From Vicugna vicugna (lineage: Eukaryota), in NCBI GenBank assembly GCA_013265495.1, contig MU058257.1:503418-567417 (forward strand): DNA of 64,000 bases. The letters are read 5' to 3'. The notes beneath the pieces were generated by a model. The model saw only the letters and a list, made by a program, of their open reading frames with translations. It did not search any database and was not told the origin of the DNA. Positions 35,711-49,131 of the stretch are shown here, piece after piece. The translations under genes were made by a program, and so were the position numbers. Every line of letters starts with the position of its first letter. Positions within the stretch are counted from its first letter, which is position 1.

Positions 35711-38700
35711 ATGCACAAGGACCGCAGTCGGCCCCAGATCACCCCCTGCCACGGGATACTCTCACTTCTCCCCAAGATATTCAAAACCACCAGGCAGTGG
35801 GCTCAGAAGTCTGGAATCTGGTGCTATACATCATGTGTGCTTTCTGCCCTTCTGGATGCAGAGACCTAGGAACTCAAAGAAGTTAGCTGCCTGCCCGCTT
35901 CTCCCCAGACACTGAAGATCATACAGTACAGTGGGGTAGGGACACCTTAGTAAGGACAGGCAGAGCTGGAGGCCCGTGCCAGTCACTGGTTCATAGCACT
36001 TCCGATATTCCACTGAGTCAGTGTTGCAGACTCCCTCCTGCCCCCCTCGACAGCAGGGGATGCTCCTTGGCTTGTTCCTGTTCCATTTTCTGGGAGTCCC
36101 TTCTTAGTCCGTTGCTCTCCAGGTGCTTGATTCCACCGTCTGGGCAGCTCTTCCTTTTCCACCATTCTCCTTGGTCTTTTATGAAGGGAGTATTGGAAAA
36201 CATGGTGTTTGTGGCTGAGAAGCGGTCTCAGACTACTTCACACCCGCAGAAGACTGGGGACCCGGGGGTTATTTTATGAATTGAATAGTTATAGTCTCTT
36301 TTAATCCAGGGTGGTGCTTTTGGTAATATTTCCTTCTACATAACAGCTTTCATTTTTAATCAATCTGATCCCAGTAAGGTCCACGTAAGTCAACAGCCAC
36401 ACCTCAGATTGCTTCTCAAGAAATGGCCCCATTGGTACTTTGATCTCATCAAGCTTCAGATGACTGCACCTTTACTCTCTTTCCCCAGGGGCATTTTGCC
36501 AACTGACATAACTCACCAGGGCCATAAATATCTAATCAGCAGACTCGACAATGGGCGGGCTGGACCTATGCTCTGTCTTTGTCTTAATTTGAGACTTTTT
36601 TGCCTGTGAGATCTGAGAGTTTCAACTGTCAACCCTAAAAGTTCTGGGATTTCCGGACACTGGCAGCTCTGCTGGACTCATCCTGGCTCTGCTCCTTGTG
36701 TCTTCTCCTTCCAGAACCAGGCTGAAGAAGCAGCCACTGCATGAGGTTTGATGGTCTTAGGGTGAGGGTCAGAACACCATTGCTGGTGGGGACATGCAAT
36801 GCCTCTAAAAACCTCCCGTGCTCACAGCCCATCTTGTAAGTTGTGTGGCCAAACCCCATCAGTGTGATGATGGTGTCTACAGGGAAAACTGGAAAAAGAG
36901 GAGAAGGAAACGGGTAATTGTGAACAAATGATCCAATCTCCATGCCTCTTGAAGTAGATAAGTTACAACTCTTGAGAGAGAGGACACGGAGGCGTAGAGA
37001 GGCTGATCACCTTGTCCGAGGTCCTAGAGCTTCCTGGGTGATAGGGCCAAGATGCGACCCTAGGGAGTCTGACTCCATAAAGCTGAAACCTTTTCCAGAT
37101 TCTTCCTCTCAGAACCCCTCTTTTTTGTGGAACTAGCCGTACCATCTTGTCTAAATTTTCAGAAGTCTTTAATAAAAACCATTTTAGTAGGAGACTCAGA
37201 TGTGGCAGTAATAAAGCTTTGTGAAGTGATGCTATGGATTTCTTCAAGAAATAATTCATTAAATTGATGCCAGTTGTAACTCGTGAGATCATAAAATGCA
37301 ATGTAGGAATATTGAAAACATGAAGGCAACCCCAGCACAGTGTGTTCCATAAGCTCAGCCTCCTCTCTGAATGCTTTGCTCCTCTTTCACCCAGAACCCA
37401 AGAATACAAGAGACTTAAAGTATCAGGTAGTGAAAGGACTTCAGAATCTTGAATCTTACACCCAGATCAGGAAACCTTTTAGGACAAATCCTGAAAGATT
37501 TGTCATTATCAGCCCTGGTCTCTGGATCCCAAGGGGACCCAGCTCTTGTTAAGCAACGTGGCCAGGAAAAAAGTGATTCAAGCCAGGTATTACAAGCCTG
37601 TCACAGGCAGTGTTAGGATCCCAAATACTGTCTCCTCTTCATCCTCGGCTTTTCATCTTTTTACAGCTTCTATTTCTTCCTAACTGGCTCAGGTCTGTCT
37701 GGTCCGAAGTGTTTTCTGTGAATTGTATTCAGACTTGTCTCCAGAGAGGCATGGAGCTTACAGAGTGCACATCCGCAAACACTCCCTGAATAAATATCTC
37801 CATATACGGATGAAATCAAGTGAAAATAAAGTCAAGCGTGGCCTCGAGGAAAGAGTCATAAAACACAACCAACACCCTGAAAGATGTGGACGGACTGGGA
37901 GGAGCAAGGGAAGGCAATGTGGTTTTCTGCCTTATGGAGGTAGGCAATCAGTGCTGAGAGAATGAGTGGACCACTGCCCTTCTGCTGTCAGCAAGAGTCA
38001 GAGAGAACCTGGCGCAGTGGTACATGCTCCGCGAGCCCTTCTGCTCCTGGGTCTGTGGCTGGCATCTGTCCGTGCACCGGGGACACCATCTGTGCAAGCA
38101 GCTACTTCTCCCCTGAGAATGTCCTCATCCCTTGAATTAGGAGAGGTGAGCTACTTAGAAGATCATCATGATCTTCGATACTGAGCTTAAGGGCACAGAA
38201 GGTTTATAGTCAAGTCATAGTGGACAGCCCTTCACAGCTTGGCTCCAACCTGCCTTTCCGGTTTCATGGTTTCACGTCTGCTGCTCCCCGCCCAGCCCTT
38301 CCCCCTCACCTGTGCACTTAACACTCTGGCCAGATCAGGGGACTGGTTATTCTTTGAATGTGTCACATATCTTCACACCTTTGGGCCTTTATAAATGTTG
38401 TTTCCTGTCTGAAACACCCTTTCTTCCCCTCCGCCACAAGAGCCAGCCCAGACATCTCTTTTCCGTGAGCCCTCCCTTGAACTCTGTCCTCCAGGCCAAA
38501 ATAACTGCCACATTCCTCATGCTCTCACAACATCCTATAGAGTATTTTGTTATAACGGACTACGTTGCATCTCACTCAAGGATTTCCTTCACATTTTACA
38601 GTACCGGGGAGAGACGCTAGACCTGCATAGAGAGATGAGTAAGATATACCCCTGGGAGTCCTGAAGGGTGTCCATGTCTAACTGAAGAGACTCTTACCAG

Positions 38701-40299
38701 ACAGAAGTCAAGAATCAGCTAGAAATTTGGAATCCAGTAAAGAGGCTGAGTTTTATGTAAGAAATGTTGTAAGCTATTTGGAAAGATGTCCTAAATGCTT
38801 CGTCCATCCCTGGAGAAATAGAAAAGCTAAAAGAAAGCAAAAGTACTACATCTCGGAGGCCAAGATAATCGTGACACTGTGTTCTTTGCAGGCACAGTGC
38901 TGGTTCTGGTACATGGAAAAGGGTAAAACCAAGCTCTGGAAGAGTCTCTGATGAAATGCAATCGTCACATTTGCAGGGAGGAAGCCTAAAGTTTGGGAGG
39001 AAGTCAGAAAAGAAATATGCTTATATTAACATTTCATGGCATAGTCCTGGGAAAGGGAGCCCTTCCATGAAGCCGGGAGCTGAGCCCTGCCTGCTGAAGT
39101 TACTCTGAATCCCTCTTCCCCCATAAATGAGCTTGAATTTCCACCTGACCCACATCAACACAGACAGCTACAGTTCCAAAGAAACTTTTCCATGACCAGG
39201 ATGGATTACAAGATGAAGAGGCATTTATGACTCTAGGCTTAGCAAATTTCAGGGTAAAATGTGTTCATCTTTTATGCAGATTTTTCATTTTCTGCCCTGA
39301 TTTCACCTGCTGCTGCTCACAATCTCTCTCGTCCCCTCTCTCCTGGTTCTGACTCCCTATCGCCTCTGTCCAGACCTTCTAAGGCAATGCCCTAGCGGTC
39401 AGTACCCTACTTATAGCTCCCAGTCCTGTTCCAAATCAACCCAGGTCTGCTGCCTCAATCCTTAAAGAATAAGAGATGAGGTCATTTTCTGCCTGGACAG
39501 TGTTTGCAGACTGTGAGTGATGGGCACCAGCGCATCCAATTTTCAAGGAAATAGGTGCTCAAGTGACTTGTCCCACCCTATTAAATTTCCTTTTCGTACA
39601 CTGAGTCACAGACATGTTTCCATCCTCATGACTGAACAGGCAGCCCTGCCATTTGTCTGCTACGTCCACTTTATTAAACCACTCCTTGATGACAATTCCT
39701 CTTTGGTTTCTGCCAAGTTTGTCTATTGTCTCCATAAGTTTCTGCTCAAGGTGAGTGTCAGAGGGATGAGTTTATGGAATGAAACAGCAAAAAGCAACAA
39801 GCAGGCGATTTACCAGGACTCTCAGGCAGTGGCGAATGGGGATCCTCCTCCCGCTTTTCATGTGCTTTCTGACAAGATCTTAAAGTTACTCCACCTGCAA
39901 GCTTCAGAGCTGACTCCTCGACAAAAGCGGGGCCAAGGCAGGGGTCGGAGGGAGAGAAAGAGAGAGAATCCAAAAATGAAAGCACTGAACACTGGAAATC
40001 AGGAAAGGGTCCATTATATTTCTTTGAAGTCTTTCAGCTATTGTGTAACCTATGAATAAGCACAGGAGGTGTGGAAACCACAAAGCACGTTCACACCGGA
40101 GCAGGCTAGCTCTTTGCAAATATCCTAGTGCAACATCAGGGTCAGGAAAGCAGCTTAGCTTTAAGCCCCCAAATTGGGCAAATGATTACAGCTGTTCAGG
40201 TGGAACAAGCCAGGTGGATGTTAGAGAGACCTGGATACCAATTCCTGCTCTCACCACAAGCATCTCCCTGACTTTGAACAAACTCATTCATTTCTTTCT

Positions 40300-40705
40300 T
40301 ATCTTTTTTATTGAAGTACAGTCAGTTTACAATGTTGTGTCAATTTCTGGTGTGCAGCACAGTGCTTCAGTCATATAGGAACATACATATATTCGTTTTC
40401 AAATTCTTTTTCACCATAACATAAAGTGCTGCACAGCAGAAACTTGTTGTTTGTCTGTTTCATATATAGTAATTAGTATCTGCAAATCTTCAACTCCCAA
40501 TTTATCCCTTCCCCCCTCCTTCCCCACCCTGGTAACCATAAGTTTGTTTTCTATGTCTGTGAATCTGTTTCTGTTTTGTAAATAAGTTCATTTGCCTTTT
40601 TTTTTCTTTAGATTACACATGTAAGTGCTGTCATGTGGTGTTTTCTTTTTTCTTTCTGGCCAGTATAGGTTACTTTAAGACACTGAATGTAGTTCCCAGT
40701 GCTAT
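40300..40705 (-). mobile_element. LINE-1 3' terminal fragment (internally rearranged) inserted in a MIR
   Basis: 'tttttattgaagtacagtcagtttacaatgttgtgtcaatttctggtgtgcagcac'. MIR sequence on both sides ('gactttgaacaaactcatt' and 'ccttagtttcttcatctgtaaattgagg'). Confidence 0.88.
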
Positions 40706-41698
40706 CAAGTCAGTGTATTTCTTGAGACCTTAGTTTCTTCATCTGTAAATTGAGGAAACTGGATTCAGTGATTTCCAAGGTCACCCCTGGTTCTAATGTC
40801 CTGTGCCATTTTCTCGGCCGTATATCATATCCTCTGGAAATTCGGTTCCACAGTGTTGCTGCCCCCAACTCGATTAGGGTGTTTGTGTTCCCCTGCCTGG
40901 GTGCGTGTTTGTGTGAGGTGTCATACAGATCTGAAAACCTGAAAGTAACCAGGTAAAGCCATTGCCTTTAGGAGACCAAAAACCAGAGGCTCAGCCATAA
41001 GGAAACAGTACTTAGCTTTCCCTCCTTCACTTTTTATTTCCTTCAAACTACCCCTCCCCTTCTCTCACATGTCTTCCAGAACTGAGGAGACTCCTGCAGG
41101 CCCGGGCACCGGAGCGCAACCAGCCTCCAGCACCAAGGCGCCACTGATGCCTGTAAGGATCTTCTCAGGGTCTTCTCAGGGACGTTAGGGGCACTTAACC
41201 CAAGACAGGGGAGTGTCAGGGCCACAGGCGAGGCTCACCTGGACCAGGGCAGCTGGTGATGACACCAAAACGGTGAGGAGGCGGCTTGAATTCTCAGGCC
41301 GGCAGAACTTTTGTCGCTTCAAAAGTATCCCAAGTAAGATGCTTTCAGCTGCCTCCTCATTCTCGGGTTGGGAAATATTCTGCTGTTTGCAACCTAAAGT
41401 GCATAAAAAAAAAAAAGAAAAAAATCAATTTTTCTTTGAACATATGCTTTTGCAGGTCAGTCCTCTCCAAACTGGTTTTTGAACTCAGCTGCCCTGTCAG
41501 GTCCCTGAGAGGCACATTTCAAACCACAGATGTTATTTCCCTCGTGTCTTAATTTTATTTTAAAAAAAAAAGGAGGGGGGACAAATAAGAGAAAAAGAAT
41601 CCAAAACAGGAATAAAAAATAGTTAAAAATTTGAATTAAAAAATTTAAATTAAAAAATTTAAAGTAAATTAAAAATTAAAAAAAATTCCTTAGGGCAA

Positions 41699-41890
41699 GG
41701 GAAGGCTATAGCTCAGTGCTCAGTGGTAGAGCGCGTGCTTTGCATGCACAAGGTCCTGGGTTCAATCTGCCGTACCTCCATTAAAATTAAATAAATAATT
41801 AGTAAGCTTAATTACCTCCCCTCCCCCCCAAAAGCTTAAAAAGAAAGGATTTAAAGTTACATTTAAATAAAAATTACAAAAAAATAGAAA
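41699..41890 (+). mobile_element. tRNA-derived SINE (Vic-1-like), long form, with duplicated A-box segment
   Basis: 'ctatagctcagtgctcagtggtagagcgcgtgctttgcatgcacaaggtcctgggttcaatc'. TSD-like aaaattccttagggca / aaaattccacaggaca. Confidence 0.9.
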
Positions 41891-44800
41891 TAAAATTCCA
41901 CAGGACAGAGTCAACTTAATGCCCCAAATTGCTTCCTGGATGCTGCTGACTAGGACAGTCGGTCGGCTGATGTTCAGCTGATTTTTCTGCACATGGGAGC
42001 AGAGTGCTGCCAGGGAAGGTGACGTAGCTGCGCCAGGCTGGGGCCGGCGCTGGGAACGAGCCCTGGCTGGGGACCTGGGAGAAGGGGCTCAGTAGACGTC
42101 TACTTGCTTGAGGCACCGAGGGCTCATGCAAGCAAACCCAGCTTCAGGGACGAGGCCACCACGTCCGCAGGCTTAACCCAGTGACACAGCCTTGCTCACC
42201 AGTCAGAATAGGGGAATCCTGAACCTGTCACTCTACTCTTTTCCAATCAACTCATCTCATGAAAAATGTTTCCCTCTTTAACGACTGTTTTCCTAAAAAG
42301 TCTCCTGAGGCACTGGGAGCATAAGGAACAGGGCTCGGGGGCCCCAGTGCAATGAGATGACAGTCAGTGGATGCGACAGCCTCCGGGGAGGGCAGATGTA
42401 GGGGGACGAGGCGGTGACAGCGCCCGTGGAAACGCCGGGTGAAGGCAGCGTGGGAACCATGCAGGAGGATGGAGTTCTCTTTGACAGGCATTACGATGCC
42501 CAGCAGAGACTGGAGACCACACATGGGAACAATGAATGGACCCTGGAGACACATCCCGAAGGCCTCAGAAATACCTGGGGCAAGGAATACCGGATATAGG
42601 GAGCAGGCGAGGCCGAGAAGCAGCAGAGAACCAGCTCCTTGCGCTTGTAATGTAATTAGAAAGATGAGACCTTCGCCCCTGAAAAACCAGGAAATGATAA
42701 GAACTAGGAATGTGGCCAGGCACGCATCTGCCCTCATCACAGTGGAAACTGACACGGCCTGCAGAAGAGAGGGAACTGCAAGGTTCAGAGTCTCCTAGGG
42801 TGCTGAGACCTGCAGGCAGGGGACAAGCCCTCCTGCGAGTGCCTGGAGCTTGGCCACGGGCATGGAGCGTGTCAGGGATCTTCCACACCGTGAGGTCGCT
42901 CCTCCCAACGACGTATAAGGAAGGTTTCATTATGTACAGAGGTGAGATAGGGAGGCTCAGCTAGATGAAGTGACCGGCCCAGGTTCACACAGTCAGTATG
43001 GGGAGAGCTGAGTTGACGGCAGATCATGGATCCTTGTTCTGTAAGGACAGGGGAGCAGGGATGTGGTACAACAGGTGGGAAACCTGGACAGCCAGGCCAA
43101 GGGGGCTGTGTGTAGTTTGGTAAGTAAGGGGAGGTCACTGGAGACGTTTCCGGAGGAAGACCGCCATGACGTTCACTGTGGTTGGGCCAACTAACCAGGC
43201 AGTGGGATGCGAAGGGCATGAAACTAAAGGCGATCTGCTAGAGGGGGCAGGTAGTGATCCAGCCCTGGTGGAATCAAGAGAGAGAGTGAATTGAACAACA
43301 TGTGAAAGGAGGAAACCGCGGGCCTTGGTGACTTTTCTTAATGAGGACCAGGAAGCCTGCTGAGACCTGGAAGACCCTCCCAGGAGATGCTGCCTTCTGC
43401 CTGGTGGGCCAGGGGCCAGGACTCCCCAGACTCACCAAACTGGAGTTGAAATCCAAGCTCAGGAACAGATTGTAGGAATGGATCCAGAGTAGGCATTGGA
43501 TGGATCAGAAAGCCTGCTGATAAAGGTCTCTCTGGGACCTTGGCATCCTTGTCAAGTCCAATAAAGGTTTTGTGGGCAAAACAGGGGACTTCTGTGGGCT
43601 CAAACCTGGGCTCCACAAAATGCAGGAAGCGCAGAACAGAGACAAGTTCAGGATTTTCATCTGTCCTTCCTCCAAGCAAGGAGACCGAAGGACACAATTG
43701 GCAACTAACCTCTTAGATTTATAGCTTTAACTGAGCTGTGTTTTAGTGTAGTCTCAATCTTTGAAAGTGGTTAGGCTCTGCCTTACATACGTGATACCCT
43801 CTAGCAGGAATAATCAATAAGTTAGAGCGCCCTCACTCTCATCCTGGATTATGAGTTGTGTGAGTGTGTGTAAAATCCTCTAGTGTTAAAAATGTATCAT
43901 TAATTTATTTCCCAGTGTCTGGGTTAGACTATAACCATGTGACATATATCAAATGAATTTCATGGCTACATTCCAAATGTAACAAATGAATCATCTAAAA
44001 CTAGCTGAATATTGGCGATGCCAAAGTTTTCATTTTCTCCCATTTTATAAATGCATCCTATCTCAGCTCAAAAATCAATCTATTAACCTTGAAAACATTT
44101 GGAGCTGGAATGAAGGTTAGCAGTGAACTTGGTGACCTTCCACGTGCTATTAGTCATATTTAGCAAGTATTATTGGCTTTGAGTAATGAGGAGCCAGTTG
44201 AGACAGGAATAGTAACATGGCAGTTACCAATAAACTAGACTGCAGAGGCCACGGGGAAAATGAAAAGCAGGCGAAATCAGGCTTTTTAAACCTCAAGCTT
44301 GTCTGCCACCAGGCTCCTACCTTTTTAAAACAAATCTGAACGTCTCGGCAGCTATTCTGATGAATTGCACATGAAACGCTCTAGTAAAATCTTTGTTAGG
44401 AGATAAGGAAATCTCTTTAGTGGACTTGAAGGGCAGCTAAAGACTAAAAAAAAATGATGTGTCTGCCCCTAGGCCTCCGCTGGGATGAGTCTGATGGCCT
44501 TCCCAGGTGCCGGGATCCTGGACTGGAAGGGACGGATCAGCACAGCTAGAAGCCCAGCCGCATTGTTGTTAAATTTAAAGTCCAAATAACGTCTCAACTG
44601 AAAATGCCTTAGGAATGCGTAAATATACCATCCTCAGGATGAATTTTATATTACATTTTATTGATTTTAACACCATATAAAATATAATAAAGATACTTTT
44701 GGGTTCACAACATGAAAGAACAGCTAATGACTTGCCCATATGGGACATATGAAAATACTTCTATTAAATTCTTTTGCCATGTTTTATGGATATTCCACTT

Positions 44801-45195
44801 CCATACCATGGACAGTGTGGAAACTTGGTACTGTAAGTGGAACATTTTTCATCTCAATTATTTGCTAGACATCAAATAAAATGGTGCCATCGTTGCTGTC
44901 AAAGAACCTAACTTCGTGGAATTTCAAAGTATTTGCAGTCATCATATTTTGTTAATTTAGAAATGTTTCTCATGTGAACAATCTCATTTCATCTGCAGAC
45001 CTTAAAATATGTGTAGTTCCATCATAGTTGTACACTTAGATGTATCTCTAATAACAAATGCCAAATATTTTTCACTTCCAAACTGGATTGAGTTTTTAAG
45101 AAGCTGGTTTCCTAGTGTCTGAGCTTCTGCTAGCTTAAAGGAGAAACACATTAATTTAGATTAATTTAAAACATGAATATAAAAAGATAGTGGAT

Positions 45196-45312
45196 GGGGG
45201 TGGGAGGAGGAAATAGCTCAGTGGTAAAGGGCATGCTTAGTATGCGCTAGGTCCTGGGTTCAATCCCCAGTACCTCCATTAAAAAAATAACTAACTAAAT
45301 AAAAAATAAAAA
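45196..45312 (+). mobile_element. tRNA-derived SINE (Vic-1-like), short form
   Basis: 'atagctcagtggtaaagggcatgcttagtatgcgctaggtcctgggttcaatccccagtacctccatt' plus A-rich tail. Confidence 0.88.
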
Positions 45313-46439
45313 GAGTCAAATATAAGCTGTGGAATCTGGACACTTGGGACTAGCCACTGTCAGAACAATGGATAATGGAAAGTTACTTTCAATAAGTATA
45401 CTCAATGACTTTTCCAGGGAAAGAAAGAAATTTTAGTAATGGCCTGCTGACCCTAAACATTCTTCCAAGCGACCTAGAATTGTGAGAATTTATCCAGTGG
45501 ACTTGGGAGAATTCCCTATTATATTGGGAACCAGAAATTTTGCAACCAATTGCTTGCAAGTTGTTCACTTGTCTTTTGGTTTTTCTAACTCCTGCATTAT
45601 GAAAATGTTGGAGTAACTATAGCAAAAACTATAGACTTCATGCATCTCACTGAGTGTTTCATACACATCCCTTGGATCATCGTAGGCGAATTCCTCTTGA
45701 GCTAAAAATCCCAAGTCCAGTGGAACTCCTCAGAAAACAGAAGGAGCCTCCATTTCCAGAAAAGATCCAGATAAAGACCTTGGGAGGTGATTTCAGGAAT
45801 AAGCAATGGATCTAAGCTACTGAGGCCACAAACCCGTGACTCCCGTCTAGGAAAAGGATCCAGAGTCCAGGGCAGCTCTAAGATCTTGCAAATAGCTCTG
45901 AGTGTTATTGTCCAAGAGGACCAAACAGTCCTGGGGTGCACGGGGGGAGGACCCGAGCTGCCTTGCTGCTTTATCTCTGCAGTTCTCAGACACAGCGGTA
46001 GGGGTTAAATCACAAACTTGTCTTGAGGTTGGTGCTTCACCGGGAACATGCTATAAACATCAGAATTTACTTTCAGTCTTCCTTTGTGGCAACTAACAAT
46101 GGACATGTTTTAACCTCTTCAGATGTCTGGAAATGTTCTGGTGCAACTGGGGAGTACTTCATTAATGTCAGTTCACCTCACAGATCTCTTAACGACTTGG
46201 CCTAAAAGAACAAACTTAAACTTCCTGAATTGGATTCCTCTAGAACGTATCCACCCAAAGCAATTGCCCTTTCTGTCAAATAAGCCCTCACTGGTTTGTA
46301 AGTCTGAAGTGATTTTTTTTTTTCCCCGTCTCATTATGGTTGTTCCGAGCCTCTTGACATTCTCTAAATCATCTCTCGCGGAGCACAAGAGGTCCACGAG
46401 GAAGTCAGGATCGATGACAGACTTCATCTCTCCTGAATT

Positions 46440-46810
46440 TTAATGCAAATGTCTGTTCCTCTAATCAAACAAAGGTTAAAAAAGGAAATCAAATTAGCTT
46501 ATTACAAAAGCCAGCATAACTGAACTGACAAGAAAAATGCTTTCTGCATGAAAAGCCTTTAATCAATACCTTAAATAAGAATGTCACTGGAAAGAAGGGT
46601 TCATATGTGGTCGGTCATAATCTGCAAATCAATAGGCTCTTTTTAATAAATATTTGACCACAGCAGCTCGATAGGCACTGACCATAAGAGTTTCTTGCCT
46701 TACACCAAAACAAAACAAAAATACAGCATAAATGTAATGTTCGAGGCATAACTCAAACGGTGAGAGAATTCAAGGTCAAGTCTATTTCACCTTTTAATCA
46801 TTGGATATTA
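46440..46810. promoter_or_regulatory. Candidate enhancer: cluster of developmental/endodermal TF motifs
   Basis: ATGCAAAT 46443-46450, AACAAAG 46468-46474, AATCAATA 46561-46568 and 46627-46634, AAATATTTGAC 46648-46658, TCAAGGTCA 46770-46778, in repeat-free AT-rich DNA. Confidence 0.35.
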
Positions 46811-48195
46811 AATATACGAGAGATTCTCTTTAGTCCCTTGTCTGAGATTCCAGGCCCCAAAGTAATTTAGCTGCTCAAAAGTAAAATGATGTCAGAATAT
46901 AGATGACTGATTAGAGCTCGATCTGAGTGCCAAGTTCTTAGTCCAGGCTTAATTTGGCTATCGGAAACTATTTAATCAGATGGTATACGTGCAATAAAGC
47001 TTCAACCTTGGCAGGTTTTTTACTCATGTCTACAAGAAGACAGTCCTGGGGCAGGTCACTTTTTATAAATAAGTATGCTGTTCCTGTATCCCGTCAAAGC
47101 CACCATCAGCTGGTGTCTGACGCGTGCTTTCTGCATTGCTTACCCGCGTGACCTGGAACCTCCTCGTACTGGCTATGTGACCTTGGGCACGACCAGTCAG
47201 TTTTCCACACCAGACAGTATGAACACAGATGGTGTCTGCTTCAAAGGCCATTTTGGAGTCTTAAGGACGTAACCTATGCAAAGGTGCTAACACAGTGCGT
47301 GGCTTATTGTAAACGATAAATGGTAAATCGTTACTAACTGTTACTGAATTGCAATGGTGGACATGAAAACACAACAGAACGCACAGTTCTGGTTTGAGCA
47401 GCTCAATAGCATTCAGTAGAATTAAATAAAACGTGCCTTGAAACAACCTATCAGGCCATTGGAGATACCTAACTACAGTCGACCGTTTTACCAGATGTCT
47501 TTGCTTTGTTTTCTTTCTCTTTTGCCAACAAATGAGATAGTGGAAAAGTGTTTTTTTTTTTTAATTTTCCCTTGTAATAATTTTAGAAAGACCTCGTAAT
47601 AGCTTATCAGAGAAGTCCAAATAACCAAAATAAGCAAAGGGTAGAGAGATTGTTCCAAAGATTCTGTGTATAAAGTTACTCTCAACACTGAATACATACC
47701 TCTTCTTTCTTTATCTCCCTTCTTGCGATGTAATTTCTTTTTATTCTTTCACAGATATTTCTTAAAGAAAGTTTACAAAGTATTTTCCTTAAAAAACTTT
47801 GGACGCTTAGCTTGGTATGTGTGATTAATGAAGATACCGAATTTCCTTCCTCCTACCCTTGAAAATATTTATACTCTTCTCACCTTTCTGAGAGAATTTT
47901 GAAGTGGTTTCTGCACAAAGGAAGAAGTCTTTCTCTAAGTATCGTGGAACCCAACAGGAAAAGCCCGGGGTAAACTTACGCAACCAAAGCCCGCCACCTG
48001 GCAGCCAGGAAGCCTCTTTCTGCTGGTGCTGCTGCTCACTGGCTTATTCTTCAGTCAACATTTCTAGACAGCATCCCCGGGAACTAAGTGCTTTGACTGC
48101 GTGAACTGTATCAGTTCATGTAAAACCAGCATCCTTGAGTATTAGAGACAGTGCTCCAGTGAATTATGAAATGTTAATTAAAATATAACTGTTTT

Positions 48196-48899
48196 GGTGG
48201 GAATGCAGTTTGGTGCAGCCACTATGGAAAACAGTGTGGAGATTCCTCAAAAGACTAGGAATAGACTTACCATATGACCCAGGAATCCCACTCCTGGGCT
48301 TGTATCCAGAAGGAACCCTACTTCAGGATGACACCTGCACCCCAATGTTCATAGCAGCACTATTTACAATAGCCAAAACATGGAAACAGCCTAAATGTCC
48401 ATCAACAGGTGACTGGATAAAGAAGATGTGGTATATTTATACAATGGAATACTACTCAGCCATAAAAACCGACAACATAATGCCATTTGCAGCAACATGG
48501 ATGCTCCTGGAGAATGTCATTCTAAGCGAAGTAAGCCAGAAAGAGAAAGAAAAATACCATATGAGATCACTCATATGTGGAATCTAAAAAACAAACAAAC
48601 AAAAACAAAGTGTAAATACAGGACAGAAATAGACTCATAGACAGAGAATACAGACTTGTGGTTGCCAGGGGGCAGAGGGTGGGAAGGGATAGACTGGGAT
48701 TTCAAAATTGTAGAATAGATAAACAAGATTATACTGTATAGCACAGGGAAATATACACAAAACGTTATGGTAGCTCACAGAGAAAAAAATGTGACAATGA
48801 GTGTGAATATGTCCATGTATGACTGAAAAATTGTGCTGAACACTGGGATTTGACACAACATTGTAAAATGATTATAAATCAATAAAAAATGTTAAAAAA
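48196..48899 (+). mobile_element. Young LINE-1, 5'-truncated, with uninterrupted ORF2 C-terminus
   Basis: ORF 48210-48587 runs [15 protein letters not shown]...YTMEYYSAIK...KEKYHMRSLICGI* without a frameshift, followed by a complete 3' UTR with AATAAA. TSD core actgtttt (48188-48195 / 48901-48908). Confidence 0.96.
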
Positions 48900-48980
48900 C
48901 ACTGTTTTTAGTGGGGTTCTTTCTTGATCTATTAAGGTACCTAATTCAAAGCCACGCATACATTTGGCACTATGACTTTT

Positions 48981-49131
48981 TTTTTAAGGATATCTTTTTA
49001 TTTATTTCTTGGGGGAGGTAGGCAATTAAGTTTATTTAATTACTTTATTTTTAATGGAGGTGCTGGGGATTGATCCCAGGACCTCATGCATGCTAAGTAC
49101 GTGCTCTACCCCTGAGCTACACCCTCCCTCC
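48981..49131 (-). mobile_element. tRNA-derived SINE (Vic-1-like), long form
   Basis: 'gctggggattgatcccaggacctcatgcatgctaagtacgtgctctacccctgagctacaccctccc'. TSD-like gcactatgactttt / gtgctatggctttt. Confidence 0.9.

Noticed and set aside
39517..40059. Longest ORF in the track (180 aa)
   Set aside because: It starts at GTG, has no recognisable domain and includes a purine-rich low-complexity stretch. This is consistent with chance.
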